Shown here in pieces: positions 47,471 through 56,225 of a stretch of DNA of 64,000 nucleotides. Every line of letters starts with the position of its first letter. Positions within the stretch are counted from its first letter, which is position 1. This DNA is from Candidatus Latescibacterota bacterium. Its GTDB lineage: Bacteria; Latescibacterota; UBA2968; GCA-2709665. The position numbers were made by a program, and so were the translations under genes. Below the pieces are notes generated by a model that saw only the letters and a list, made by a program, of their open reading frames with translations, had not been told where the DNA came from and searched no databases. Location of the stretch: positions 18,361 through 82,360 of the forward strand of contig CAXXXF010000004.1 in assembly GCA_963667175.2 (NCBI GenBank), read 5' to 3'.

Positions 47471-47769
47471 CAGCTATCAGCAGTCAGCCGTTAGCTTGAA
47501 GCAAGAGCGAAAATCGGCTCACACGGAGACACGAAGACACAAAGAAAACCAAAGGCTAAGATTCTGAAACACCGTTCAGGCGGACAACCACAAGGGTTGA
47601 CCCTACGAATACAATATGGACGCAGGCAGACGCGAATTTCGCGCGTTAAGGGTTTACCGTAACAAATCTCGCAAGACACCATCAAACGCACGATGGCGGT
47701 GCGGGGGAGAGGTTCCGCCTTTTGGTTTCAGGTTCAGGCTGACCGCTGATGGCTGATTGCTGACAGCTG
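47471..47769. mobile_element. MITE-like element, family B, carrying a nested REP hairpin
   Basis: Left CAGCTATCAGCAGTCAGCCGTTAGC. The reverse complement of the right end is CAGCTGTCAGCAATCAGCCATCAGCGGTCAGCC. A REP-like hairpin lies inside at 47582-47602. Confidence 0.55.
47582..47602. repeat. REP-like hairpin (GGACAACC-ACAAG-GGTTGACC)
   Basis: Same CCACAAGGG core as the other five copies. Confidence 0.55.
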
Positions 47770-47792
47770 TATTGACGCAAGGAGAAAACGAA

Positions 47793-50207
47793 ATGGTCCA
47801 GATGTCAGATACGACCGAACTGAAAGCCCCTTTCCTTCCGTCGGAAGAGAACGAACTCAGCCGGCGCTACCTGCGGATGATCGAGAAGTGGATTCCCACG
47901 GGAGTCGAGTATTTCCAGGAATGGCCGGACCGCCCGGACTGCGGGCACTTCTTCGGCGGCGTCCACTGGTATGGCGCCGAGACCACGTCGCCCGTGGAGA
48001 CGTTTGCCTTCGCCAGCATCTCGCCGGAGTACGACGAGAAAGGGGTCGGCGTCTCCCGGGACGACCTTCAGCGCATGGCGATTATGGGGCTGAGGTACCT
48101 TTGCTTCACGCACGACTCCGGGCCCCCGGACTGCGTCCGGCCCAGCGTGGGACTGGGACGTCCCGAGATCTGCGGTACCAAGTGGGGCGAACGCGGCCTG
48201 GGGTTCTTCAAGGAGAGCCAGTGCGGCCATGGGATCTCGACGCTGGCGCGGGTGTGTCTGTTGCTGCGGAACCGGATCGACGACGAGACGTGGATGATGA
48301 TGGCGCGCGTGCACGCGGACTATGCCGGCAGATTCGGGAACATGGCGCCGAAGAGCGGGATTTACGTGGATACGCAGATGGAGGAGAATGCCTGGACGTC
48401 CAACGGTTTGACCTCCTGCCATCTGTTTCTGGAGCGCCACGCAGACGCCGCCGAATGGGAGGCAACATGCAGGCGGTGGATGTACTCCACCTGCTCGGCG
48501 CCGCAGGACGCGAAGGACCGCGGCGCATTGGGCCGGACGACGGCGGCGGCGCTCGCGGGAAAGATATTTACCGCGTTGCCGGACTACTGGGCGGAAAACC
48601 ACGGGATGGTGCACCCGAACTACACCGCGTCGGGCGTCCGTCCGCTCAGTTCGGCGGGGGTGCAGTTGAAGCTGTGGGGCCGGGAACTGCCGCCGGAGTT
48701 GTTCTGGAACCGGCGCAGGGTGTACGAGAATCTCAAGGCGATGACCGACGGGTGGGGGTACGCCCAGGCCGTGCAGGGAATGGACTGGCATTATCTGCCT
48801 GCCGCCGGTAGCGAGAACCCGCATTCGGCGGCCGCCGTGTTCTTCGACGACGCGGATGCCGCCGCGCTTCTGCGCAGAGGGCTCCGGAACGCGGAACTGC
48901 GGCAGGATGGAAACGGCGGGCGGATGTACGACAGGGATTTCGCGGAACGGGCGCACGATCAGCAGGACCCCATGATCATGCGGGAAGTCACCATCAGCGC
49001 GGTTGCGCACCAGTACCTGTTCCACCGTTTGTTCGGACCTGGGCCGCCGCCCACCCCGGAAGACGAACTCGAGCGGCGACTGGCCGGGGTGCGTGAATAC
49101 CCGCACGCGGGTTTCGTCCATCACCGGCATCCGAAGGGACAGACCTCGTTTTCGTGGCGAAATTCCGTGATGGCAATGCCGCTGACCAGGGAGGGCATTT
49201 ACACGTTCGCGCCCTGTTCGGACAGCTGGTTGGGCAGGCCGGTGGTAAAGGGGCGCCCGGACAGCCATCGCCTGAAGCGGGCGCGCGTGACCGACTATGA
49301 CGACGGGTTTGCGGTGGCGATGACCATGGACCGGTGCCAGGAGTCATTGCGGCAGCAGGTGTTGTTCGCCAGCCTGCCGGATGGACGGACGCTGTCCTTC
49401 GAACGGTTCACGGCCCTGGAAGACCTGACGCTGGAATCGCTCGACCAGGGGTTTCTGCGGATTACCAATGAGCATTTCCCGCGGCTCGAACCGAACTGCA
49501 GAGGGGTCCGCACACTCTACAGACCCGATGGGTCGACCGACTACAAAGGCTGGCTCGGCGAACGTGAGGCCGAGGATATCGAGGATAGCCTCGGAAGGCC
49601 GGAATGGCTGAATGTCGACGACCGCCTGGGCATCGTTTTTTCGGCCACCGGCGAGGCGGGTTATCTGAATCGACACTACTATAAGCCGTATCGCGCGATC
49701 GCGGACGACCTCACGCTTTCGCGCCAGGCGGACGAGGAGGCGTTGCGCGCGGGCGAGGAAGCCGGGTCCCTTACGGCGTTGCTGATTCCCGAACAGACCC
49801 ACGAAGACACGCCTGCCAGCCGGCTCGACGTATTGACGGGGCCGGACGGGAGCGCCTGCCTGGTGACGGACGGGTACCTCGCGGCGGCGAATTTCGAGGA
49901 GAGACGCAAGGTTTGTACGTTTAAGCAGGCGCGGCAGGAGGACGTCCTCGTCTATTCCGGCGCAACGGTTGACGTGAACGGCGATGCTGTGCGCTATCGC
50001 GTGCCGCTCAACAGCCAGAGCGCGCGTCTGCTGGCCGGGACGGTTACACTGCGCGCGAATGGAGATATCAGGGCCGATGCCGCGCCCGGCGGCGAGGTCT
50101 ACGTGACGAACACCGATAGCGGTCAATCGGTCGTCGAAATCGCGAAGGGTGAAGGCGCAGGCACAGAGCATTCCGTCGACGCGGGGCAGACGATTCGCAT
50201 AGGATAG
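47793..50207 (+). CDS. Large conserved hypothetical protein, paralog 2 of 2
   Basis: 804 aa from ATG 47793 (AAGGAGAAAACGAA upstream). Colinear with 40779-43193 along the entire length. Confidence 0.8.
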   Translation: MVQMSDTTELKAPFLPSEENELSRRYLRMIEKWIPTGVEYFQEWPDRPDCGHFFGGVHWYGAETTSPVETFAFASISPEYDEKGVGVSRDDLQRMAIMGLRYLCFTHDSGPPDCVRPSVGLGRPEICGTKWGERGLGFFKESQCGHGISTLARVCLLLRNRIDDETWMMMARVHADYAGRFGNMAPKSGIYVDTQMEENAWTSNGLTSCHLFLERHADAAEWEATCRRWMYSTCSAPQDAKDRGALGRTTAAALAGKIFTALPDYWAENHGMVHPNYTASGVRPLSSAGVQLKLWGRELPPELFWNRRRVYENLKAMTDGWGYAQAVQGMDWHYLPAAGSENPHSAAAVFFDDADAAALLRRGLRNAELRQDGNGGRMYDRDFAERAHDQQDPMIMREVTISAVAHQYLFHRLFGPGPPPTPEDELERRLAGVREYPHAGFVHHRHPKGQTSFSWRNSVMAMPLTREGIYTFAPCSDSWLGRPVVKGRPDSHRLKRARVTDYDDGFAVAMTMDRCQESLRQQVLFASLPDGRTLSFERFTALEDLTLESLDQGFLRITNEHFPRLEPNCRGVRTLYRPDGSTDYKGWLGEREAEDIEDSLGRPEWLNVDDRLGIVFSATGEAGYLNRHYYKPYRAIADDLTLSRQADEEALRAGEEAGSLTALLIPEQTHEDTPASRLDVLTGPDGSACLVTDGYLAAANFEERRKVCTFKQARQEDVLVYSGATVDVNGDAVRYRVPLNSQSARLLAGTVTLRANGDIRADAAPGGEVYVTNTDSGQSVVEIAKGEGAGTEHSVDAGQTIRIG

Positions 50208-50342
50208 GAAAACGATATGGACGACGGTCTTTCCAAAGCGCGTTCATCGAGCTTGTCGAAATGTGCGCTTTGCAAGCCAGTCGGAGCGGGCTAAGCGAGC
50301 ACGCCATTTCCAGGTTGATTGACACGTCGGGGAGGTATTCTT

Positions 50343-52877
50343 GTGACCGATCAATGGATACTCGAGAACAACGCCCTCTGTCTGCAGTGGCAGAATGGGC
50401 ATCTGCAGGTGGAGAATCGGCTGTCGGGGTCGCGCCGCGCATTCGACTTTCCCGCGTTCATGATCCGTCTCGGCGACGTGGAGATTCCGGCGGACCTGTT
50501 TGTCCGGACCGATGTCGAACCCGGAAAGGACGGGATCGCGTTCGATTTTCGCCACGAAACCACGGGAATTCAGGCGCGCGTGCGCTACCGGATCGACGGA
50601 GACAACCCCTGGTTCAGAAAGCAGTTGACGCTTCATGCGCCGGACAGCCCGGGCGCGCCCACGCCGGACCGGCTCTGGGTGGACGTTCAGGACGGTCCTC
50701 CAAGGCCCATGAGACGCGTGGGATACGGTGTCCGCGGCGGGCCCGACGCGGAAGAGCAGACCGGGATCGACTCGTACGCACCCCCGGTACCGGGCTGCGG
50801 GTATCCGGTGTGGGCCGGAGACTGGTTTGCCGGGCTGGAGCATCCGGCGGGGTTTGCGGTTCCGGGCGACAGGCTTGAACTGTTTCACCACCCCGTGTGG
50901 GACGACGAACGGCGCATCGAGAGCTACACGGCGGTGTACGGCGCGGCAGAGAGCCACGAGGCCGTGCGAGGCGCATTCATGGACTACGTGTGGCAGATCC
51001 GCCTGCCCCGGCTGTCGAAGCCGATATTCCATCTTTCGGTGGGATGGTCGGTCCGTTATCTGGGCAACCGGGAGTATCTCGACTCGTTCGAAATGAACCA
51101 GGCCTACGTAGAGGCGGTATCGAATCTCGGTCTGAAGCCGGATTCCCTGGCGTTTGACGCCGGTTGGTTCGACAGGAAGTCGATTTACCGGCACAAGGGA
51201 GACGACGAGGACGATTCGCGGCTCATCGCGTTTTCCGAGGATCTGAAACAGAAGGGGTATTCGCTGGCGCTGTGGGTCACGCACAACGGTCCGGTGGGTT
51301 TCGACACCGATTGGATCCAGGAACAGGGATGGCGGGTTGGCGAAGGGCCCGGCTCGTACGGAAGCGGTACGTTCGTGGTGATGGCGCAGCCTTCCTTCGA
51401 AGAAGCGCTCGCCCGGCGCTGGGAGCGGCTGGTAGGAAAGGCGGGCGCGGTGCACCTGAAGATCGACTGGGACAACGAGTGCGCCACCCATCCCGATTTC
51501 GCGGAACGCTACCCGTCACCCCATCACATGCGCGAGGCGTCGGTGAACGCGTTCAACAGAATCGACCGTCGCCTTCGGGCCGTCAACCCGGACCTGGTGA
51601 CGCGGAACGGGTGGTGGCCGAGTCCCTGGTGGCTGTGCCTGGCGAACCACGTCTGGCTGATACACTCGGGAGACTGCGAATACGCGTCGTGGCCGTCTCG
51701 CACCCAACGCGACCGGGCCCTGACGCATCGGGACTCGGTCTATTACCAGATCATGCGCCGTGCGGAGACGCCGATCTTCTTCGACGCGTATGACAATCAC
51801 GAATTCGTGCAGGCCTTGACCAACGCGTTCGGCGATCCGCCCCATACATGGCTGGACAATCTGGTGTTGGCTTCCTGCCGCGGCACCACCTATATGCCGA
51901 TGCCGATCAATCCCGAAAGCCTGCGGGCGGACCGGGCCGAACAACTGCAGGCGATGATGGACTGGATGCGTTTCAACGCGGACGGACTGGGCACGAAGGA
52001 GACGCGCATGGTGCTTGGGAATCCGGCCTTCGGCGAAGTGTATGGCTTCCTGCATCCGTCGGAGGACAGCGCGTGGCTCCTGCTGCGAAATCCTTCCCCC
52101 GAACCGCAGGTCGTGGATCTCGGTCAGGAGGATGAATTGGGATATGCGCCGGGCACGGTTCGGCAGGTCTATCCCTTCTGGCAGGACCTGGAAGGGTCGA
52201 TGACGATATTGGGGAACGAAGTACGGTTGTTGAAATTCTTCGCCGACGCACAGGAGGACGCGTCACCGATACCCGGAGCGGCGTTCATGGCCCGGTTGTG
52301 CGATCAGGGATGCGAATACCGGTTTCCCGGCGACCGGCGGCTGACGGGCGACGTGGGGCCCGCGGTGCATCCGGACATGCAGATCCACGGGCTCTCCGCG
52401 GAGGCAACGGCCGACGAACGGAGTGACGGGACGCACCGGATGCAATGGTACGTTGCGGTTCCCCACCGATTCGAGCGGCCCGAATTCCAGGTTGTCCTGC
52501 GCGGTCCGGAGAAGGTGCTGGACGGCGTGGACGTCCGCGCCGGCGGATCGCGCTATCGTGGGGTACCGGCGAGATACGCCTACGAGACCCGGCGCATCCA
52601 CCGTCAGGGCCGAAGCAGCCACGGATCGGCCAGATTCCTGCCGCCCGTGGGTCCGAGGGAACGCGACGACTACCTGTTCACAATTCACGACAGCGGATGG
52701 GCATCGGTTACATTGGACGTTACCGGCGACGGTCTCGACGAACTGAAGGTGGAGGCTTGGGTCACCGGATACGAAGCGCCCGCCAGGCAGGCGATTGTCC
52801 AAGACGCACCGCCGATGCCCGGCGCCCTGCTTCCGGCGCATCCGTACGGGTTTTCGAGATGTCTGAGAATCAGGTGA
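50343..52877 (+). CDS. Alpha-galactosidase-like (GH clan D-like TIM barrel) protein
   Basis: 844 aa from GTG 50343 (GGAGG 7 nt upstream). FDAGWFDRK and LKIDWDNE resemble the DDGWF and KWDMN motifs of GH36/GH27 enzymes. The call is tentative. Confidence 0.6.
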   Translation: MTDQWILENNALCLQWQNGHLQVENRLSGSRRAFDFPAFMIRLGDVEIPADLFVRTDVEPGKDGIAFDFRHETTGIQARVRYRIDGDNPWFRKQLTLHAPDSPGAPTPDRLWVDVQDGPPRPMRRVGYGVRGGPDAEEQTGIDSYAPPVPGCGYPVWAGDWFAGLEHPAGFAVPGDRLELFHHPVWDDERRIESYTAVYGAAESHEAVRGAFMDYVWQIRLPRLSKPIFHLSVGWSVRYLGNREYLDSFEMNQAYVEAVSNLGLKPDSLAFDAGWFDRKSIYRHKGDDEDDSRLIAFSEDLKQKGYSLALWVTHNGPVGFDTDWIQEQGWRVGEGPGSYGSGTFVVMAQPSFEEALARRWERLVGKAGAVHLKIDWDNECATHPDFAERYPSPHHMREASVNAFNRIDRRLRAVNPDLVTRNGWWPSPWWLCLANHVWLIHSGDCEYASWPSRTQRDRALTHRDSVYYQIMRRAETPIFFDAYDNHEFVQALTNAFGDPPHTWLDNLVLASCRGTTYMPMPINPESLRADRAEQLQAMMDWMRFNADGLGTKETRMVLGNPAFGEVYGFLHPSEDSAWLLLRNPSPEPQVVDLGQEDELGYAPGTVRQVYPFWQDLEGSMTILGNEVRLLKFFADAQEDASPIPGAAFMARLCDQGCEYRFPGDRRLTGDVGPAVHPDMQIHGLSAEATADERSDGTHRMQWYVAVPHRFERPEFQVVLRGPEKVLDGVDVRAGGSRYRGVPARYAYETRRIHRQGRSSHGSARFLPPVGPRERDDYLFTIHDSGWASVTLDVTGDGLDELKVEAWVTGYEAPARQAIVQDAPPMPGALLPAHPYGFSRCLRIR

Positions 52878-52926
52878 AGGGACGCGTTACCCGGTTGTGG
52901 CTGGAGATCTGAAAGGAGACGTTGAA

Positions 52927-53805
52927 ATGACGCTGAGGCACGATGCGGAGCAGAACGTCTGGCACTTTGAGACGGAGCAGATGATAGGACACATTCAGCC
53001 GGACGGAGACCGGCACGGGATCAAGGAATTGACCCACAAACCCACCGGGGCTCAGGTGGCGCACCCGAAGTACGACCTCCTGAATCTGTTTTTCATGTTT
53101 TCGCAGAATCACTGCATGGGGCAGGCCCGGGAAAACGCGCGCAGCATCACGTCCGGGGGTAATGCGATCGACGTGCGCTGGACGCCGACGGACGATCACA
53201 AGGCGGAGATGACGGCCAGGTACGAAGTTGTCGAACCCAATGCGGTGGACCTGTCCATTACCGTGAAGTCCAACTGGCCCTACCCGGCGTACGAAGTGTT
53301 CCTGTCGAACTATTTCGATCTGTCGCTGCGGCCGTACGTTTACGTTCAGGGGAGCCCGTTCGATATTCCCGCGGACCGCGCGCGGTGGATCGCGCCGGAG
53401 GTGAACGACGTCTTCGTGGGAACGGGCCTGGTCTTCTCGAGGGACCAGCACGCAGCCAGGCGGTCGACCGACGGGCGATGGGACCGGATCTGGGGCCTCT
53501 ATCAGTGGAACCCGCAACGGTATTTCGAGGCGCCCGTGATCATGAGCGCGAACCTGGAGAAAGGCGTTGCGGGGGTGCTGATGTCGCGTCCCCAGGACTG
53601 CTACGCGGTGATCAGCGGGTACGCGAGCGAGAACATGAAGGACCCGTTCAGGGACCAGAACCCCCTCTACCTCTCGCTCTTCGGGGACGATTTCCGCGTT
53701 GGCGACGAGCGGACCGTGGAGGTCCGGTTCGCCGTCACCGAAATCGACGACTCGCTGTCCCAACCACTGGCGCTATACGAAGCGTTCATCGCGGAGAAAG
53801 GGTAA
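52927..53805 (+). CDS. Hypothetical protein (last gene of the high-GC cluster)
   Basis: 292 aa from ATG 52927 (AAGGAG upstream). Coding-like composition, no recognised motif. Confidence 0.65.
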   Translation: MTLRHDAEQNVWHFETEQMIGHIQPDGDRHGIKELTHKPTGAQVAHPKYDLLNLFFMFSQNHCMGQARENARSITSGGNAIDVRWTPTDDHKAEMTARYEVVEPNAVDLSITVKSNWPYPAYEVFLSNYFDLSLRPYVYVQGSPFDIPADRARWIAPEVNDVFVGTGLVFSRDQHAARRSTDGRWDRIWGLYQWNPQRYFEAPVIMSANLEKGVAGVLMSRPQDCYAVISGYASENMKDPFRDQNPLYLSLFGDDFRVGDERTVEVRFAVTEIDDSLSQPLALYEAFIAEKG

Positions 53806-54021
53806 GTGCGGGCGTGTACTGGCGGCCAAGATCCGGAGCCTGGCAAAGCGGGAGTGCGCCTTTCATTCGACAACAGACTCGCAGGGGAAGTCGTCTAACT
53901 CGACACTGACATGTAGGGCTGGTGCTGAAAGTAAGGCGCCGCGAACTCTCGAGGCCGTTGATGAGCAGGGAACATCCAGATGACTGATTTTCATCAAAGC
54001 AAAATAATTGTCAAAAAGCAA

Positions 54022-54050
54022 TTGATTTTCAAATGAGCAATGACTATATT
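54022..54050 (+). promoter_or_regulatory. Putative sigma70-type promoter of the Ubl operon (TTGATT-17 nt-TATATT)
   Basis: TTGATT at 54022-54027, an exact 17-nt spacer, TATATT at 54045-54050, in an AT-rich tract 40 nt upstream of the Ubl start. A direct repeat TGATTTTCA (53985-53993 and 54023-54031) overlaps the -35. Confidence 0.5.
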
Positions 54051-54089
54051 TCTACTACAAACAACAACCATCTACCAAAGGAGAGAGAA

Positions 54090-54359
54090 ATGACTGCTAA
54101 AGACACCGTAGCAGAGGACATTCGGCTCAAGACCGTTACCATTGAAGTCAACGACCACAAGGTCGAGATGCATGCAGGACCAGCGACGGGATTTGAGATC
54201 AAAGAGGCCGCCATCAAGCAGGGCGTAAGTATTCAGCTGAACTTCGTGCTGCAGGTCCAGTTGCCGAATGGATCGAGCAAGGTGATCGGCAACGACGACA
54301 AGGTGCCATTGACCGAACATCTCGCCTTCACCGCCATCGCTGCGGATGATAACAGTTGA
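54090..54359 (+). CDS. Ubiquitin-like beta-grasp protein ('Multiubiquitin'-family, single domain)
   Basis: 89 aa from ATG 54090 (AAAGGAGAGAG RBS; ATG 54033 would lie upstream of the predicted -10). VTIEVNDHKVEMHAGPATGFEIKEAAIKQGV.IQLNFVL...NGSSKVIGNDDKVPL fits my memory of the family that accompanies prokaryotic E2/E1/JAB genes. It ends ...AIAADDNS, with no GG. Confidence 0.65.
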   Translation: MTAKDTVAEDIRLKTVTIEVNDHKVEMHAGPATGFEIKEAAIKQGVSIQLNFVLQVQLPNGSSKVIGNDDKVPLTEHLAFTAIAADDNS

Positions 54360-54380
54360 CCGTAACAGTAAGGACGCACC

Positions 54381-54767
54381 GTGAAGCAGGATGTCGCTAA
54401 CGCGATCGAGGAACTGAAGCGGGCACTTCCGTCTTCGGATGTGCGCAGTAGCGAGGACGGAAGTGGGGGTGCATACGTTGTCGTCGAACCCGTCCACATA
54501 GGGGAACGATATAGGCCTTCATCTACATGGATAGGGGGCCACATCACGGCCCTCTATCCGTACGCCGACATCTACCCTCTGTTTATCGGCGACAACGTGT
54601 GTCGCGTGGACGGCGTGGCCTTTGAGCCGCCAGTAACTGCCGGCGCTCAGTTTTTCGACCGGCCGGCCCTGCAGGTTTCTCGGCGCAACAATCATACTCA
54701 GAACTACCCTCAGGCGGCGGTGGCCAAATTCCTCAAAGTACTGCATTTCCTTAAGGAACTCCAATGA
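54381..54767 (+). CDS. Prokaryotic E2-like protein (family E type)
   Basis: 128 aa, GTG start with AAGGA upstream, sandwiched between the Ubl and E1 genes. UBC-like size. The only Cys is at ...FIGDNVCRVDG. Assignment rests on context plus memory of Prok-E2_E. Confidence 0.6.
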   Translation: MKQDVANAIEELKRALPSSDVRSSEDGSGGAYVVVEPVHIGERYRPSSTWIGGHITALYPYADIYPLFIGDNVCRVDGVAFEPPVTAGAQFFDRPALQVSRRNNHTQNYPQAAVAKFLKVLHFLKELQ

Positions 54768-56131
54768 AACGGGAGTCGTGCGACATCCTGGTGACTTCCG
54801 AGTATCACCAGCGAATCATGGAGCATCTGTTTCCCGGCGACCGCGACGAGTACGGTGCGATTCTGCGCGCTGGCGTCGTTCGCAACGGGTCGACTATGCG
54901 CCTGCTGATTCAACATGTTCAGCCAGCGGAGTTTGGTACCGACTACGTCGCGGGCCAATACGGCTACCGGGCGCTTACTCCAACTTTCATTCACAGAGAA
55001 ATCCTCCAGTGCAGAGACTTGGGCTTAGCCTACCTTGCTGTTCACAATCACGGAAGCGGCCGGAGGGTTGATTTCAGCAGCGTCGATATAGAATCCCACG
55101 AACGCGGTTATCCCGCACTCCTAGACATTGGCCGTGGGGTTCCGGTTGGCGCTTTGGTGTACGGTCGGCGCTCGGTCGCCGCAGATATCTGGCTGCCGGA
55201 TGGCAGCCGTCGATCGCTCGGGACCTATCAGATCATCGGTGACAAGATTACGAGGCTTTACACCAAACCCCGCCGAGTGCGTGGGTCGAACAGCGAGCAC
55301 GATCGCCAAGTGCGCATGTTCGGTGCGGCTGGACAACAGATCCTGAAAGTGAGCAAGGTGGCTGTCGTTGGGCTCGGAGGGGTCGGTTCGCTAGTGGCGG
55401 AATACCTTGCTAGACTTGGGGTTGGGAACCTCGTACTCATCGATCCGGACGAAATTGAGAAAAGCAACCTTTCTCGCGTGGTTGGCGCGACCCCGGTTGA
55501 CGTCGAAATGGGCCAGCTCAAGACACAGATCGCGGTTCGTCATGCACGCGAGATGGCGGTTGATGCCACGCTTCAGCCGGTCGCGGCCGACGTTTCGCGT
55601 CAGTCCGTCGCCCGAGTTCTGCGCGATTGTGACTTCATATTCCTGGCCGCAGACTCCATGCGAGCTAGGCTCGTCGTCAATGCTCTTGCCCACCAGTACC
55701 TCATTCCGACGATTCAATTGGGCGCAAAGATACGTCCAGGGCATCGTGGCAAGCTCGAAGATGCCATGTGTGCGGTACGACATATCAGGCCAGGCACCGG
55801 ATGCCTTTGGTGCAATGAACTGATTGATCCGATGCAACTCGCGGTCGAAGCGAAGTCTGACAGGGAACGCACGGAACAGGCTTACGGAGTTCAGGAAGCC
55901 AACCCTAGCGTGATCACGTTGAACGCTGTCGCGGCCGCACATGCGGTCAATGATTTCCTATTTGACTTCCTGGGGCTCCGATCCGGTGAAGTGGAAGCAG
56001 GTTATCAGCACATCCATTTTCATCGTGGCAAGTTACAACGTGTTATTCCGCGTCGCGATCCGGAATGCAGGGAATGTGTCCACAGACTAGCCATGGGTGA
56101 CGCGCTCGAACTTCCGGTAATGGAGGGATAA
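54764..56131 (+). CDS. JAB/JAMM-domain - ThiF/E1-like adenylyltransferase fusion protein
   Basis: 455 aa with ATGA overlap with the E2 stop. N-terminal JAMM-like residues (DEYGAIL; AVHNHGSGRRVDFSSVD). The ThiF half has VAVVGLGGVGSLVAEYLARLGVGNLVLIDPD, LSR, FLAADSM..R, and CLWC...CREC. Confidence 0.85.
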   Translation: MKRESCDILVTSEYHQRIMEHLFPGDRDEYGAILRAGVVRNGSTMRLLIQHVQPAEFGTDYVAGQYGYRALTPTFIHREILQCRDLGLAYLAVHNHGSGRRVDFSSVDIESHERGYPALLDIGRGVPVGALVYGRRSVAADIWLPDGSRRSLGTYQIIGDKITRLYTKPRRVRGSNSEHDRQVRMFGAAGQQILKVSKVAVVGLGGVGSLVAEYLARLGVGNLVLIDPDEIEKSNLSRVVGATPVDVEMGQLKTQIAVRHAREMAVDATLQPVAADVSRQSVARVLRDCDFIFLAADSMRARLVVNALAHQYLIPTIQLGAKIRPGHRGKLEDAMCAVRHIRPGTGCLWCNELIDPMQLAVEAKSDRERTEQAYGVQEANPSVITLNAVAAAHAVNDFLFDFLGLRSGEVEAGYQHIHFHRGKLQRVIPRRDPECRECVHRLAMGDALELPVMEG

Positions 56132-56225
56132 CGTGGTATCGAAGATGCTTGGCAGGTCGTGGCGGATTGGATAAGTCGAGAGTGTTGTAACCCCATTCGG
56201 CTACCGACCACAAGGGATACAGCCA

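Noticed and set aside
22148-53763. Many other long shadow ORFs: 22148-23563(+), 25471-26487(+), 27997-29016(-), 29719-30657(-), 31610-32503(-), 34212-35270(+), 37049-38143(-), 39455-40552(-), 43417-44571(-), 46200-47423(-), 47805-49268(-), 50244-51491(-), 52870-53763(-)
   Set aside because: Each lies antisense to, or out of frame within, a gene with recognisable motifs or a paralog. They have Arg/Pro/Gly-rich composition and no RBS. This is a high-GC artefact.
54033-54089. Upstream ATG (ORF-track start) for the Ubl gene, adding 19 residues (MSNDYISTTNNNHLPKERE)
   Set aside because: It lies upstream of the predicted -10 box (54045-54050) and has no RBS. ATG 54090 has a strong AAAGGAGAGAG RBS.
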